Positions 10,424 through 23,055 are shown, numbered from the stretch's first letter. The stretch is DNA of 64,000 bases from Vitrella brassicaformis CCMP3155 (GCA_001179505.1 CDMY01000047.1:62001-126000); one strand, 5' to 3'. Notes: generated by a model not told the origin, from the sequence alone. Made by a program: numbers and translations.

Positions 10424-13400
10424 TCACCTGGACTTGGGTGAGAGCGTCTTGAACTCATAGGCCAATGGATCGTCCAGATTGTCTATCTCAAGCCCCTCAG
10501 GCTCGTCCTTTTCCGCCCTTCTCGCAGTCGGCGATTCGGGCTTGTCCGGCTTCTCCACTTGAGGGAAAAAACTGGTCGGAGTCACGGCCGCAATGTGCGC
10601 CGGTGTGGGCCCCATCGACATGACACCGGTAGAGAAACGATGGCCCCCTACAGCGACCCCTACAGGTGTTTGCCCGATCGGCGGCATGTCATTCTCCTCC
10701 TCCACTCCGCCATGGTCGGTGTCCTCCTCGGGGGCGGTGATCCTGATCTTCTCGGGGGAGAGGCCGTCAGTTCTGTGCTCATAGGGGGGCATTGGGGGTA
10801 GCACCTGCAGCTCGGGGCTGGCCGCTTTCTCGATGTCCTCGTATGTCTCTCCACCGAGGGTTTGGTAAGCCTTTGGCGACCTGGGCGGCGACGAGCGGAT
10901 GTCGATGTGGTCGGCAGTGTGCGGGTGCGGGATCTCTGCCGATGACCGTGACTTGATCCACCTCCTGTAGCAGAACCACCCCACCACAGAGACGAGCAGT
11001 AGAGCCCCGACCACGCAGAAGATGACAACCAGGGTCGTTAGCTCCTCATCCTTGCCGCCGTCCTTGTCGACGCCGCTCCCGTCAGGGGGAGGGACGACGA
11101 TGGCGCCACTGTCGCCGACCACGAGGACAGGGTTTGGAGGGCCGAATAAGGGGCCGAGCGCTAAAGGGGAGGGGCCCGGGAGGAAGCCATCACCCTGGAG
11201 GCTCCTGCTGCTTGTATGAAGCGCTCGACGGCTGAACGCAGAGAACAGCACAGCCAGATCGCCGTTCGCGTGCTGCCGATGCAGACTGCTCCCATTCGTC
11301 CTCACCTGGCGGGGCAGTCGACGCCGCAGAAGGGGTCGAGACACATGGTGATGTCGCATGTTAGGTAGACAGTGGTGTATCCCGAGAAGGTGAACGAGTG
11401 TGTCGAGGCCCACGACCACATCTGCATCGAGTGGTGCTCCCACGCTGCCACATTCGGGATCGGCGCACAGTGCTCCTCTAACTGTGAAGGGGTCAAGGGG
11501 TGGGTGGTGAATCAGGCACATGCCATATGCAAGAAAGAAACAAAGGGTGAAGGATCAGAGCAAGAAGTGCCTTCGGCTTGCCATGGTGAATGTGTTCGGC
11601 GATTCAACGACGCTTTTGTCCACGGGGTCAGCCACACACCTCTTGAACACAGGATAAAAGCCACTAGCCTGCACACACACACACACAAAACGGATTGCTC
11701 CGGAACTTTCGCCGATCGGTAGTCTGTGTGTGTCAAAAGACTTGACGTACGGTTGTTTCCGCTCCGTAGTAGTATTTGGTTTGTGACTTGTCGCCGTACT
11801 TGTAGAGCGCCCCCTGCCCACCACCCGAGCACGTCGGGTCCGCACATATGTGGAAGAGCACCTTGAAAGTGCCGCGGTCCTCTACGAAGATGATGTCTGG
11901 GGATGGATAGACAGACAGCCACCAACACAAACGGGATTGTTCCCGTTCGTCTCTCCCTGTCTACTCTCTCTCTTTGTGTCTCTCCGACAAGGATGACTGA
12001 CCAGGGTCGGGCAGGTCGGTCTCATTGAGGGTGTCGTTGTACCAGTGACCGCCGTCCCATGCCGAGTCGCCTCCCGTATTGTTGGTGTTGTTGTACATGG
12101 GGTCCACCCTCGTGGTGAAGTTCCACTCGTGCGGCTCCACCTCTTCCGACGGCAGCTTCTTCTCCAGGCCCAGGAAAGCCCCTTCTACGATCGTGACGTT
12201 GTAGAGGATGGAGTAGTTCAGGGGGGCAATCTCGCACATGACCATTGTCGGGGGATTGCCATACCGGCACTGACAGACAGACGGACAGAGAGGGACAGAT
12301 GGGTGATATCTCTGTCTGTCTGTCTGTTTGTCTGCTTTGTACGGTGGATGTGTCGGTTGCGTCCACTTCGACATCAGAGACGTTGGTGTTGTTGGCCATG
12401 AGCCTTATGGTGCCCTCATCGGGACTTGCCGGCCGCTTGCCAGGCACGACAGGGTCGTCCAGCACGACCACCAGCACAGTGGCGATGCTCACGTTCTTCT
12501 CGTTGACCTTGGGGTACACCAAGTCCAGCAGCACCTGCGGGGCCAGGGGGTCGAAGGGGTAAGCGATGTCGACGGTGGTGAACTGCCAGTTGAGGGGGCC
12601 TGGTGAATTGGGCGTCCAATCGTTGCCCTGCCTGTCAGTGATGACTCCGTCGGCGATGCTGACTTCGTGGAGGGTGTTATCGAGCATGGGCACCAGAGAT
12701 ATCGTCACGGTCCTGCCCGCAAACTTCACCTGAGACACGAGAATGAGAGGTAAGAGCCGAGGTGCTGGCTGGGTGGGTGCTGTATGCCTGCCTGCTCACC
12801 TGGTTTGGATCGTTGATGTCGACGGCGAATGATTGGTCGAAGGGCAGGCCGGGATTGTTGACCTGTGAGGCGGTCACCCGCACCTCACCCTCACCGGGCG
12901 CCACATCCTCGTCAAACATAATCACCTGCAATCAACCAGGCAAGTAACACAAAGCCTGTTTGACGCGGACTTCTCTTGTGTCGTCACCGACCCACCAGGC
13001 TTGTCCCGATGACCGGCACATCCGTCGCACCATCCGAGGGCAAGTACACCACGGCGTTGGGCCCGTCGTTGTCTTTTTTTGCAGCCGTGCGGAAGGTCCA
13101 CTTGTAGCTGGCGGCCTGGTTGCCCGAATAGTCGACGAAGAGGCCTTCTTCCATCCCCACCCGGATCTCTTTATCACCCGGGAAGAAGCGAAGAGGGTTG
13201 ATCACCACCGTTGCACCAATTATCTGCCGCCAGCCACGCCGGAGACGCAGATGCATACGTTCGTGCATGGTAATAAAACCGGCATCAGTGGGTCTTGTTA
13301 CCATGTCGTTAGTGACTGGGAGGACTCGCGCGTCCACGAAGTCGCCGTTGGTCCTCTCCTCGACCGTGAGGGCAGCCGGGTAGGTTAGAGGGGAGCTCGA

Positions 13401-16400
13401 TACGCGGACGTCCTCATTGAACACCAACACTGCAACCAATCAAACAAGTGAGGGGCAACATACGAAGTACTGCATCAGCGTACCCACTGACACATCCGTG
13501 GGCACATTGACGGATTGCTTCTTCGGTCTGAGAAGTTCCTCTATCAGTTGTGGCGGGGTCTTGTCCGGATTGTCAGGTGTCTCGAAGTCGATCTCCTCTC
13601 CGCCGTTTGGATTACCGGCCTCGTCCTCGACAGTGCCGTTGCCGATGGTCACCTTGCAGTCCGACAAAGGCGGCAGCGGCTCCGGCGGACATATCAGCAG
13701 ATACTCACCCTCAATCCTCACCTGACACGAGCACAGAGAGAGAGAGACAGCATAAAGCGACAGAGACACACCCTGTGGACGATCTTACTGTCTCGTCGTT
13801 GACAGGGAAAGTGAGGGTGAAGTCGGGAATGCATATGATGGTGATGGGTGGGGGGTTGTCGGAGCCCGTGAGTGTTTCCACCAGGTCGGGCTCGTAGCTG
13901 AATGGAGGCGGGATGATGCAGTACGGGGGTGGGGGGAACGTGTTCCCGGGGTCAACTGGCGGGAACGGAGGCTTTGGGTACTTGCCAACTGTGGCATCAC
14001 ATACACACAGATACAATGAATGCCATCCCGGCAGTCCAGCCTCTTTCTCTCTCCGCACTCACTGTCTTCGGGGTCGCCGGTGGTGGGCCCCTGCTCGTCC
14101 GTTTGCACGCCAGTGTAGAAGACATAGTCGCTGAATAGGATCTGGCTGCCATCGTGCGCCGTGACCGTGGCGGTGAAGAGGTCGAAGCCGGCTCCGTTAG
14201 TGCCTTCAATGGCCCCCGAGCTGAATGATGCGGATATATTGGACAGCTGGGGGAAGTGAAGGGGCGGCTTGATGACCAGAAGGGGGCCTGACACATACGC
14301 CTGGCAGCACACACGCAAACAAGTGACTGCGTGGGTGTGGATGAGTTAGTGGTGGGCGAGATCACCATGGAAGGGTCTTCCAAGTCAATGATCTGGCCGC
14401 CGGTCGGTTGCCCGTCTTCCATATTGGAAAAATAGAACTGCGCCCCCGGCGTGACGACTATGTCCCGGTCAAAAGTGATACTCACACTCGTTGACACAGA
14501 CACGTCAGGTTCCAATGGCCGCGGCCGCAGGCTGCTGACGGCAGGTCGGGGGAAGTCTTCAGTGATCAGCGTATTGCTGTCGAACTCCTTCTCGAAGGCG
14601 GCGTTGGGCAACCCATCAGGATTCTGTAGAGATGGCCGGGCAAGGATCAGCAAGGATGACGGGTTCTGATATTTGCGTGCCTTGTTCCTTCCCACGCACC
14701 TGAACGAGTCCCTCTGGAGCCTTGAGTGTGAAGCTGGTGTCGGAAGGCAATATCGTCGGGGGATCTAGAATCACCGTCGTCCCCACTACGATCACCTAAG
14801 TGACCAACAACACGCCAGGCTGCACACGACACACACACATACACATGTCTCCCACCTACCTGTTCAGGATCGGTGAGGTCCATCACAATGGGTTCCTTGG
14901 TGGGCGGATCAGGCCCAGTGGGGACAATGACCACTGTCTGGCCGTCGCCCCGCTGCACTGGCTGGTCGAACTCGAGTATGACGCGGTCGTTCTCGGGATC
15001 CACGCGGATGCCGACGAACTGCGGGGGGTTGCCGTAGACTGATGGGGCGACTGTGGTAAAGGTCCACTCTTGGCCTGGAGGGTCGGGGCCGAAGCCGCCG
15101 AAGGGGTTGTCGTTGGGGTCGGTGATGGTGTTGGCCGGAAGAAACACTTCATACTGATAAACAGGGAGAAGAGTGGCATTTGTGTGTGTGCGTTTGAAGT
15201 AGCGCCCACTTTGGTTCCAGATCTGAGTGGCTCCGGCAGGATGATCTTCAGCAGGACATCGTCGGCCAGCAGGCTCACGCCCGTCGCCAGCACGCCCCTT
15301 TCAACCAGGGGCACCTCTATCACATGTCTCCCATCAGTCGCCACCACCAGCAGGACACCGCCAACAACCTCCACCTTCTCGGTGAAGATGACATTCAGGT
15401 CCACCTCAGTCGACACATCCACAGACCCATTCGCAGGCAAGATGGCCGTCACGCCGGGGTTCGTCTCATCGTCCGGTCCGCCTTTCTCTGGCGTGGTCAG
15501 GTTGTCCTCCCCCGTTGGGAACTCGATGTCCTTTTCGGGTGTCTCGTTGCCATTCTCGTCCTCGCCCGTGCACGCCGGAAGCTTTACGATGATCTGGCTG
15601 TTTGGCGGCAGGGGCTCAGGGGGAATGATGACGATCGTACTGCCCTCGATTATCACGTGGTTGCTGTCATTGAGGGGGATCTCTATGTAAGGCTGACCGG
15701 GGGGAGTCTGTATGATGATCTTGCCGTCGTTGACACAGGGCAGGATGGGCTCGGGGATGGGAATGACGATAGGGGCGTCTGGCGGCACGTCCGTCCCGTC
15801 CCTGGGCGGATAGGTGCCGCCGGTGTCGATCGGGGGTGCCTCTGTGTCCGACTGGCCGGAAGTGGTGAACGTCATATCGAAGGCAGCACTCACTGTGGCG
15901 GGAGATGTCTCAGTAAGAGCGACGAAGGCCTCGGCGGGGAGATTGAACTGGTAGTTTGTGCTGGGCTTGAGGTCTCTGGGGGGGTCGATGATCACCGTCT
16001 TGTCCACGACCTGAGACACATTGCACTGGCGGTCGACGAGAGGCAGGTGAGCGACGTTCCCTGTCTTTCTCACCAGGACAGAAATGAGGGGCACCTCCAG
16101 TGTGTCGCTGGCAGGACTCAGAGGCACAAATTGCACCACCCCCGGGGGGTCGGTGGAGACTCCATCCGACCCCGCCAGCCGGTTCAGGGCCACAGGCATG
16201 GAGTAATGCAGCAGCACATTGGTCGTCACAGCCACATTCTGGTCTTCGTTAGCAGGGACGGTCAGCACGGGCTCGAATGGATCCCCCGTGGCTTCAGGCG
16301 GCGTGACGACGGTCGTGAACTGCCACACTGCCTGCTCGTTTGACGAGATCCCCTCCACCGACTTGACCGCCCCGAGTGGCACTGTCACTGTGTACGTTGT

Positions 16401-19400
16401 GCCGGCGGCGAATGGCGCCGAGGGCGTGATGACCAGCACATCGAAGAGCGCCTCCGCGTGCCCGTCGTCAGAGTTGCCTTCTTCGCCGATTCTGATGTAG
16501 AATCTTTTCTTGTCGGCTGAGGGGGTCGACGGGACGATGCGGATCTCCTCCAGGGGAGTGCCCAGAAGCACTCTTATGTCATAGGTGACGACGAGGGGCG
16601 TGACCAGCGGCGCGTTTTCACTGTCGGGCAGGGGTGTGAAGCCTACTGCTTTTGGGGCGGTCAAGTCGAGTGGTCGTTGTGTGCGGAACGAGTAGGTGTT
16701 GGGTGGAAGCGGCTCGCTAGGGTTGCCGTAGGGGTCGGTGAGGAGACCCGGGGGGAACTGCAGTTCAATGTCAGTGACACTGGGGTAGGCCAGCGAGGGC
16801 GCAATGAACAGAAGATTGTCAGAGATGGACACCTGCAGCAACCCACACAGAGTCGCGGGCGAGTGAGTGGGGCCTGCTCTTCCAGCACCCCATCGATCAG
16901 CACGTGTCACCTGTTGCTGGTCGTGTATGTCGATGGCGATCGAGAATGCGGCGCCAGGCCTCTTGTCATAAATGAAGATGCTGCCCCTGCCGCGTACGAT
17001 GGGTTCGTCGAAGGGGAACATGATGTCGTTTTGCGTCATTGCCACGATGCTGCCGCGCCGGGGGATGGCCAGCTGCGGCAGAGGCACGGGGCCCTTGTCA
17101 TCCACCGTCCCCTCAAAGGTGAATCGCCATTCGAAAGACCTGTGTGTCCATGCAACGCAGAAAAGGAGATCCACGCCACCCTGGTGGTGTCTCTCTCTCA
17201 CTCACTCCTGTTCCCAGATGTTGCCGGCCTCGTCGCGAATGAGCCCATAGGGGATGTCCACCCTGTACTCGGCCAGCGGCAGCAGCACCCTGCTCTCGGG
17301 GAGGAAGAACCGCACGTCATTGTCCATGACCCAGTAGAACGACGGGTCGTTGGGGATGACCACAACCGGGCCTCCGGCAGTCAGGGGCGTCAGCGTGATG
17401 GCGGCGTTGGACGCTGCCACGACGATGGGCTCGTCGAACCGCATCTGGATCATGTCCAGTGCCAGCAACACGCCCGTCTCCTCGTGATCAGGAGCCAACG
17501 CACTCACACCCACATCGCGCTCTGTAACAAGCCAACCATCCAGTGATGGACGGACGTGTCTCTGCCTGCCTGCTGCTGCCCACCGAGGTCGGGCGGAGTT
17601 GTATCGTCGTTTGCCTTTGTCGTGAAGCTGAAGGTCTCAACTTTCGGTGAGAGGTTGCCCGCGGGGTCCTTGACGAGGCCGGGTGGGAGGACCACAGTGA
17701 TGAGCTGATCGGGGGGGAAGGCGAAGGGCGGGGATATCGTCAGCACGTTGCCCGCGATGCTCATGATCTTGTTCAGGAGACTCTCGAGAAGGTCCAGGAT
17801 CAGGGATGGGGGGTCGAGGCCCACAGAGGGCTGCAGCGCACGACCTACAACACCATGCAACACATACGGAGGGACACACGTCATTGTGTACATGCGGGAG
17901 TGCATATGGTGTGTCCCACTTACTTCTGCGTGAGATGGGTTCTGGTTTGAACACGATGTTGCCCTGTGCCGGCAGAATGGGCTCGCTGAATGGCAGGAAG
18001 AGGCTCGTCTTGGGGTCCACGTCCACACTGCCGTCCCGCGGCACCAGCTCGTTGTACAATAGATATGGACCGCTGCAACCGATTTACCAAAACCAAACCA
18101 TGTCACCCTTTCCACTCGCCAGCTCACTCACCTATTATCAATGTCCCCGTCAGCAGTGGTGAACCGCCACCTGACCGCCGCAGCAGCGTTGCCCACGGTG
18201 TCTGCCACAGCGGCCTCGGTGAGCAGCACCTCATAGACCATGTTGGGCAGCAGCCTCTTAAGAGGGACGACCAGGGCGGCCCCCAGGACCATCAGAGGCG
18301 ATATCACCACCTGGAAAGATTCCTCCTCGCTGGACAGGCGCAGCTGATACACACACAAATGAAGGATGGGAAAGGCAGATGTCTCGGCTCCGCGAGGGAT
18401 GGGAATGTCCGCTCACCGCTCCGCCGTTTTCGCGTATTTCTTCGTTGAATACGATGAGCACGTCTGAGTCGAGTGTGACGTTCTCTGCCTCATGTGGCGG
18501 TGACAGCAGCCGCACCTCTGGCGGCTCCCTGTCGGCCTCCACACAACCCTCCGCAAACCCCTTGTACCAAAGGTAGATCCAGTCACCTGCAGACACATAC
18601 ACACACAGTTAAGAAAAGCCATATCTATCTGGGATAATGGCGTGTTTCCGAGGAAGAACCATCGATCTTGCACACGTGTGCTGGCTGCTATACCTACCTT
18701 CGTTTGCGACTGGTTTGAGGTCAGGGTCGGTGTAGACAGGGTCGCTGCCGGCCTCCTGCAGCACCCGCAGGCCCGTCTCAGAGTTGAAGAGACAGAACAA
18801 TGCCTGCATCCGAGACACGTCCACCCCAGCCGCACAGATGGTAGTGTCGGTGATCTCAGCCGGACACCTGATATGCATGTAATCAACACCAACACCCATC
18901 CTTGAACGGCGTTTGTCATGTCTCTGCGGCAGTCACTGACCGACCTTGGGTCACGGTCTTCGCCTGGTGGGGTCTCCTGCATGGACGGCAGCAAGGCCTC
19001 GAGCAGGACAGTCCCCTCGCCGGGCGCGGCGTCTTGCGGCTGGAGGTATAGCAACGGCTGCGGCCGTGTCTCCAGGATCGAGTAGACCTCCACTGCGATC
19101 ACTATCGAAAAATTCTGCAGGTTCGTGCCTGTTCGTTGGTTGGGCGATAGGGGAGAGGGAGACATGACAGACACCCATGGGACCCGATGTATGTCTGCAG
19201 TTGTTTGTGTGAGCAAACGTACCTTACCTTGACCGTAGGGTATCATGAATGCACTCTCCTCGCATCCCTCCATGATGAGCCTGCCGTCGTCTAGCCTCCC
19301 CGTGCAGTTCATGGGGGCGTCCCAGGGCGACTTGTCCTTGCAGTCCTTGTCGAAATCCCACGATCCACCGGGGTCGGGCGGCAAGTCTGCACACACCAAG

Positions 19401-20039
19401 AGACAGAGATGGTGTGGTTGGTGGTGATGTGTGCGGATGTGGATGAGGATGAGGATGTGTGTGTGGGTGTACATCATGGCGTGCCTGGTATGGTGACATT
19501 GGCCTCGTTGTCGATCTGGACGGTGAGCGAGACGTCATAGCTCCCCTGGTAGTAGCACCTGGCCGTGATGGCCGGCGGTGACTCAGCGCCTCCGAAAATG
19601 GGTGTGCCGGGCGGGATACTGCCGATACAACAAACAAGCCACACAATGTCATGTGTGCATGCGCTCATTATCATGACTATTCCGCTTACGCCGCCACATT
19701 CTCGATGGTGATGACGCTCGTGGCGTTGTCCTGGGAGATGGTGCTCCCACATGGGTTTGTAACCGACTGTCCGTCGACAGTAGCCTCAAGCGGGGCGAAC
19801 AAACACTTCTGCTGTACGCCCTGTGGGGATGTCCGTGTGACCGACTTGCAGACATCATACTCAGTGGAAGTGCCGCCCTCCCAGTACCAGTCGTGTGCTC
19901 CCGAGCTGGCCAGGGGGAGGCACAGCTGCATGCCGTCAGACAAGCAGTCGGGCTTTATCGCACTCCACACCGGCGGGCCGCGACACACACCCAGCAAGCA
20001 GCACACGAGGACGCATGTGAGAAGAGGGGAACGCCGCAT
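10424..20039 (-). CDS. Large type-I membrane protein: signal peptide, ZP-N-like, about 14 Big_5/SbsA Ig-like repeats, ZP-C-like, TM, Pro/acidic tail
   Basis: Signal MRRSPLLTCVLVCCLLGVCRG. Repeats have the pattern D..PP....P......V.....I...F.E.I ... D..GN......W.FTT. Cys-patterned ZP-like ends. TM LTTLVVIFCVVGALLLVSVVGWFCY followed by RR. Stop at 10424. Confidence 0.85.
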
Positions 20040-20233
20040 CTTTCTGCTGCGGCTGCTGAGGGGGGTCGAGTTTGCACGGGTAATGGATGACGAAGGCGCT
20101 GCAGCCGATGATATCTTTCGCCAACGTTCGCTTTGCGCGTTTTCCTGTTCTTCCGCTTAGCTCGCATACCTTCTCGACGATCGGTGCAGATCTCCTGCCC
20201 TCTTCAGTTGTCGCATCTGACCCCTGCCACAGA

Positions 20234-22085
20234 ATGTCTTGGTTTTCGCGATTCAGCGGGTCGAGCTGCAAGGCACATCTTAAGATGACAGTCAACAGAG
20301 GTGAGAGCAGCATAGACAGACATCGACACACACGCTGAGATCAGAGGCAGGCACGGCGTCGGCATTTGTGTCTGTGTGTGTGTGTTTGTGTGTGTCGTGC
20401 GTCAGCCAAGCTGTCTCAGAACAAGCTGGAGAACAACAAGAAGGCGCTGCGTCGCGAGATGGCCCATCTGCTTCGCGAGGATAAGGAGGAGAAGGCCCGC
20501 ATCAAGGCCGAGCAGTTCCTCCAGGATCAGAAGATGGAGTGCGCTTTGGACATACTCGAAACCATGTGCGACCTGCTCGCCACACGGATGGTGAGTGAGC
20601 ATCACCCCAGCAACAGACAGACAGCTGTCGTGTGCGCCTACTTGACGGCGTGTGCACCGTCGATGTGATGTGTGTCAGCGCTACATCGAGAGTGAGAAGG
20701 ACTGCCCCTCTGACCTCTCGGGCACCATTGCCTCCGTCCTCTACTGCGAGAAACGGGCAGGCATCGACGATTTGGCAGAGGTTCGGAAGCAGTTTGAGAT
20801 CAAGTACGGGCGTGAGTTCGTCGAGACGGCAGCCGACAACAAGAACCAGGAGGTACACTTCAAGTTGGTGCAGCTGCTGAGCGTCATGCCGCCCGCCGAG
20901 CATGAGGTCGTCAAGGTCCTCAAGGACGTCGCTGCAGAGTACGACGTACAGTGGAACGCACCACCTGAACCCGCTGAGGTAAGACAAGACAGACACGCAG
21001 GCAGGCAGGCAGGCGGGGAGAGATGGAGGGCTACCATCGTTACGCATGTGTGTGTGCATGTGTGTGTATCGGTGTCATCCATCAATAATCCATCAGCCGT
21101 CATTATCTGACTTCAATGACATGGTCCACGAGGCCACTGAGGGGGGAGACGCATTCGTCCCAAGGGTACGGGGAGTGAGTGGAACAGCCAGGCAGGCAGG
21201 CAGCCCAGGCAGACACTCTTCGCGGCCTTCGCTCTCACCATTAATCCGTGACATCTCCGTATGTCCTTGTTTCGCCTGTGTGTGCTGTGGTGTGCAGCCG
21301 TCAGCTCCAGGTCCGTATGGATACCCCTTCCCAGTGCAGGTGCAGGGCGGCATGCCCATGGCGGTGCCGTACCCCCCATACCCGCCACAGCAGCAGCAGC
21401 AGCCGGTGCCCTCTGGGATGCCCCAAGGGGCCCAGCCCTCCATGCCCCCGCCGTACAAGTCATTCGTCGGAGCCGCCGGACAGTTCCCCAGCATGCCACC
21501 ACCACCACCAGGTCTGACAGGAGTGCTTATCCCCCTTACGGATGGATCGATGCTCTTCACACGTGTGTGTGTGTGTCTATCATTGGCTGGCCATGTCAGG
21601 TCCTCCGGCAATGATGGGTGGTGGTCCGGGTGGGGGTGTTTCCGATGCGTCAGCGGCCTCAGCAACGCTGCAGGACAAGATGGCCTACCACGACAGCCAC
21701 CCCATGCCACCCAATGTGACACCACAGCCATCACCGTCGCCGTTCCCCGCCAGCAGCGACTCGGCAGCACCACCCCCCAGTGGGAATGTGAGCGGCGCAC
21801 CACCACCCGTGCAGACGATGCAGCCCCCCGCAGGTGCACAGGAGCCAGAGAGCCAGGTGGCTGTCAACGGCGGCTTCCCCCCCTTTGTGGCGGGGCCCCA
21901 GAAGCCCTACGGAGAGGTCAGTGGCAGGCAGGGTGGGGGGGCGATGTGTGCAGTGCAAAGGTGGGACGGCGTGGGTGGATCTCTGTGTGTGTTGCTGTGG
22001 TGTGGTGTGGTGTGTGCAGGACACGCAGGGTGGCGGCAATGACGCATATGACCTGAACCAGAGGATACAGAATCTGCGCAGATAG
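20234..22085 (+). CDS. IST1: IST1 homolog (ESCRT-III/Vps4 regulator)
   Basis: MSWFSRFSGSSCKAHLKMTVNRAKLSQNK...EKARIKAEQFL...CDLLATRM and KQFEIKYGREF, then a Pro-rich linker and C-terminal MIM-like DLNQRIQNLRR*. Confidence 0.9.
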
Positions 22086-22926
22086 ATAGATAGGTGCTGG
22101 ACAGACAAGACAGCCCAATCGTATGCGTTGAGTGAGTGAGTGAGCTGAGCAGGAAGGGTGGGTGGGTGGAAGAAGGGAAGGAGGGAGGCAGGAGAAGGAA
22201 GACAGTGAGTGGCGCGGGTTTGGTCACAAGGAAGGAACATCGTTGTCTGTCTGTATGTATGACTGATGACTCTTTCGCGAGCTAGTGGAGAGCTCCACTT
22301 GTGTGGTCTCTTTGTCTGCGTCGTTTGTCCCTCTCGCGCCTGCTCTGGCTGGAGACCTGTTCGTGTGCGACACAGGCCCCCACACAGAGCAGGAGCGTGG
22401 GCGACAGACGACGCAGACGACGCTAAGAAATGTGTGGCACACACAGGTGTGCGCATCGCACGAGTGAGTGAGTGAGTGTGTGTGGCTTTTTTGCGCTCTC
22501 GAGTGAGTGAGCCAACGAGCGGGCACTTTGGTTTGCTCAAGGGACAGAGGGAGGGAGGGAGGGAGGGAGGGCTGGATTTGATTTGGTGAAGCGTCCATCC
22601 ATCGATGGAACGAACACTGACGTACGTGTCAATGAATGAATGAGTGGAGTGAAAGCATGTCTGTCTGTCTGTCTCGACGGGATCTCACCAGCTTCAGTCA
22701 GTCAATGTCGCCGTCACGGCTTTGGCCTCGCCGTCTGACAAATACACATACGCACCTTCGTCCTGCCTCAACTGACTCGCCTGTCCAGCCAGGCCAGGCC
22801 CCCACGCACAAACAAAAACGCCCCTCGCCCTCTCATTCAACAGAAACAAAACTGCAAACACAGCCCGCACCGGCCGTCTGTCTATCTGTCTGTCTGTCTG
22901 CTTGCGTCAGCCGGCGATGGATCACA

Positions 22927-23020
22927 TCACGCTGCGGCAGCGACCGTGTCGAAGAGTTGGTGGAACTCGAGGACGTGATCGGGGCGGCGCGAGAACAGAC
23001 CCACGATGGCACGCTGAACA

Positions 23021-23055
<35 letters not shown>

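Noticed and set aside
11302-11521. N-terminal part of the 365-aa ORF 10424..11521 (MCLIHHPP...)
   Set aside because: Wrong frame. The real exon 11481-11306 is in the frame ending YLTCDITMCLDPFCGVDC and joins the ORF frame after splicing.
15070-16343. Long plus-strand ORFs (206 and 339 aa) and other shadow ORFs such as 62128..63399
   Set aside because: These are antisense shadows of GC-rich coding exons with no recognisable motifs.
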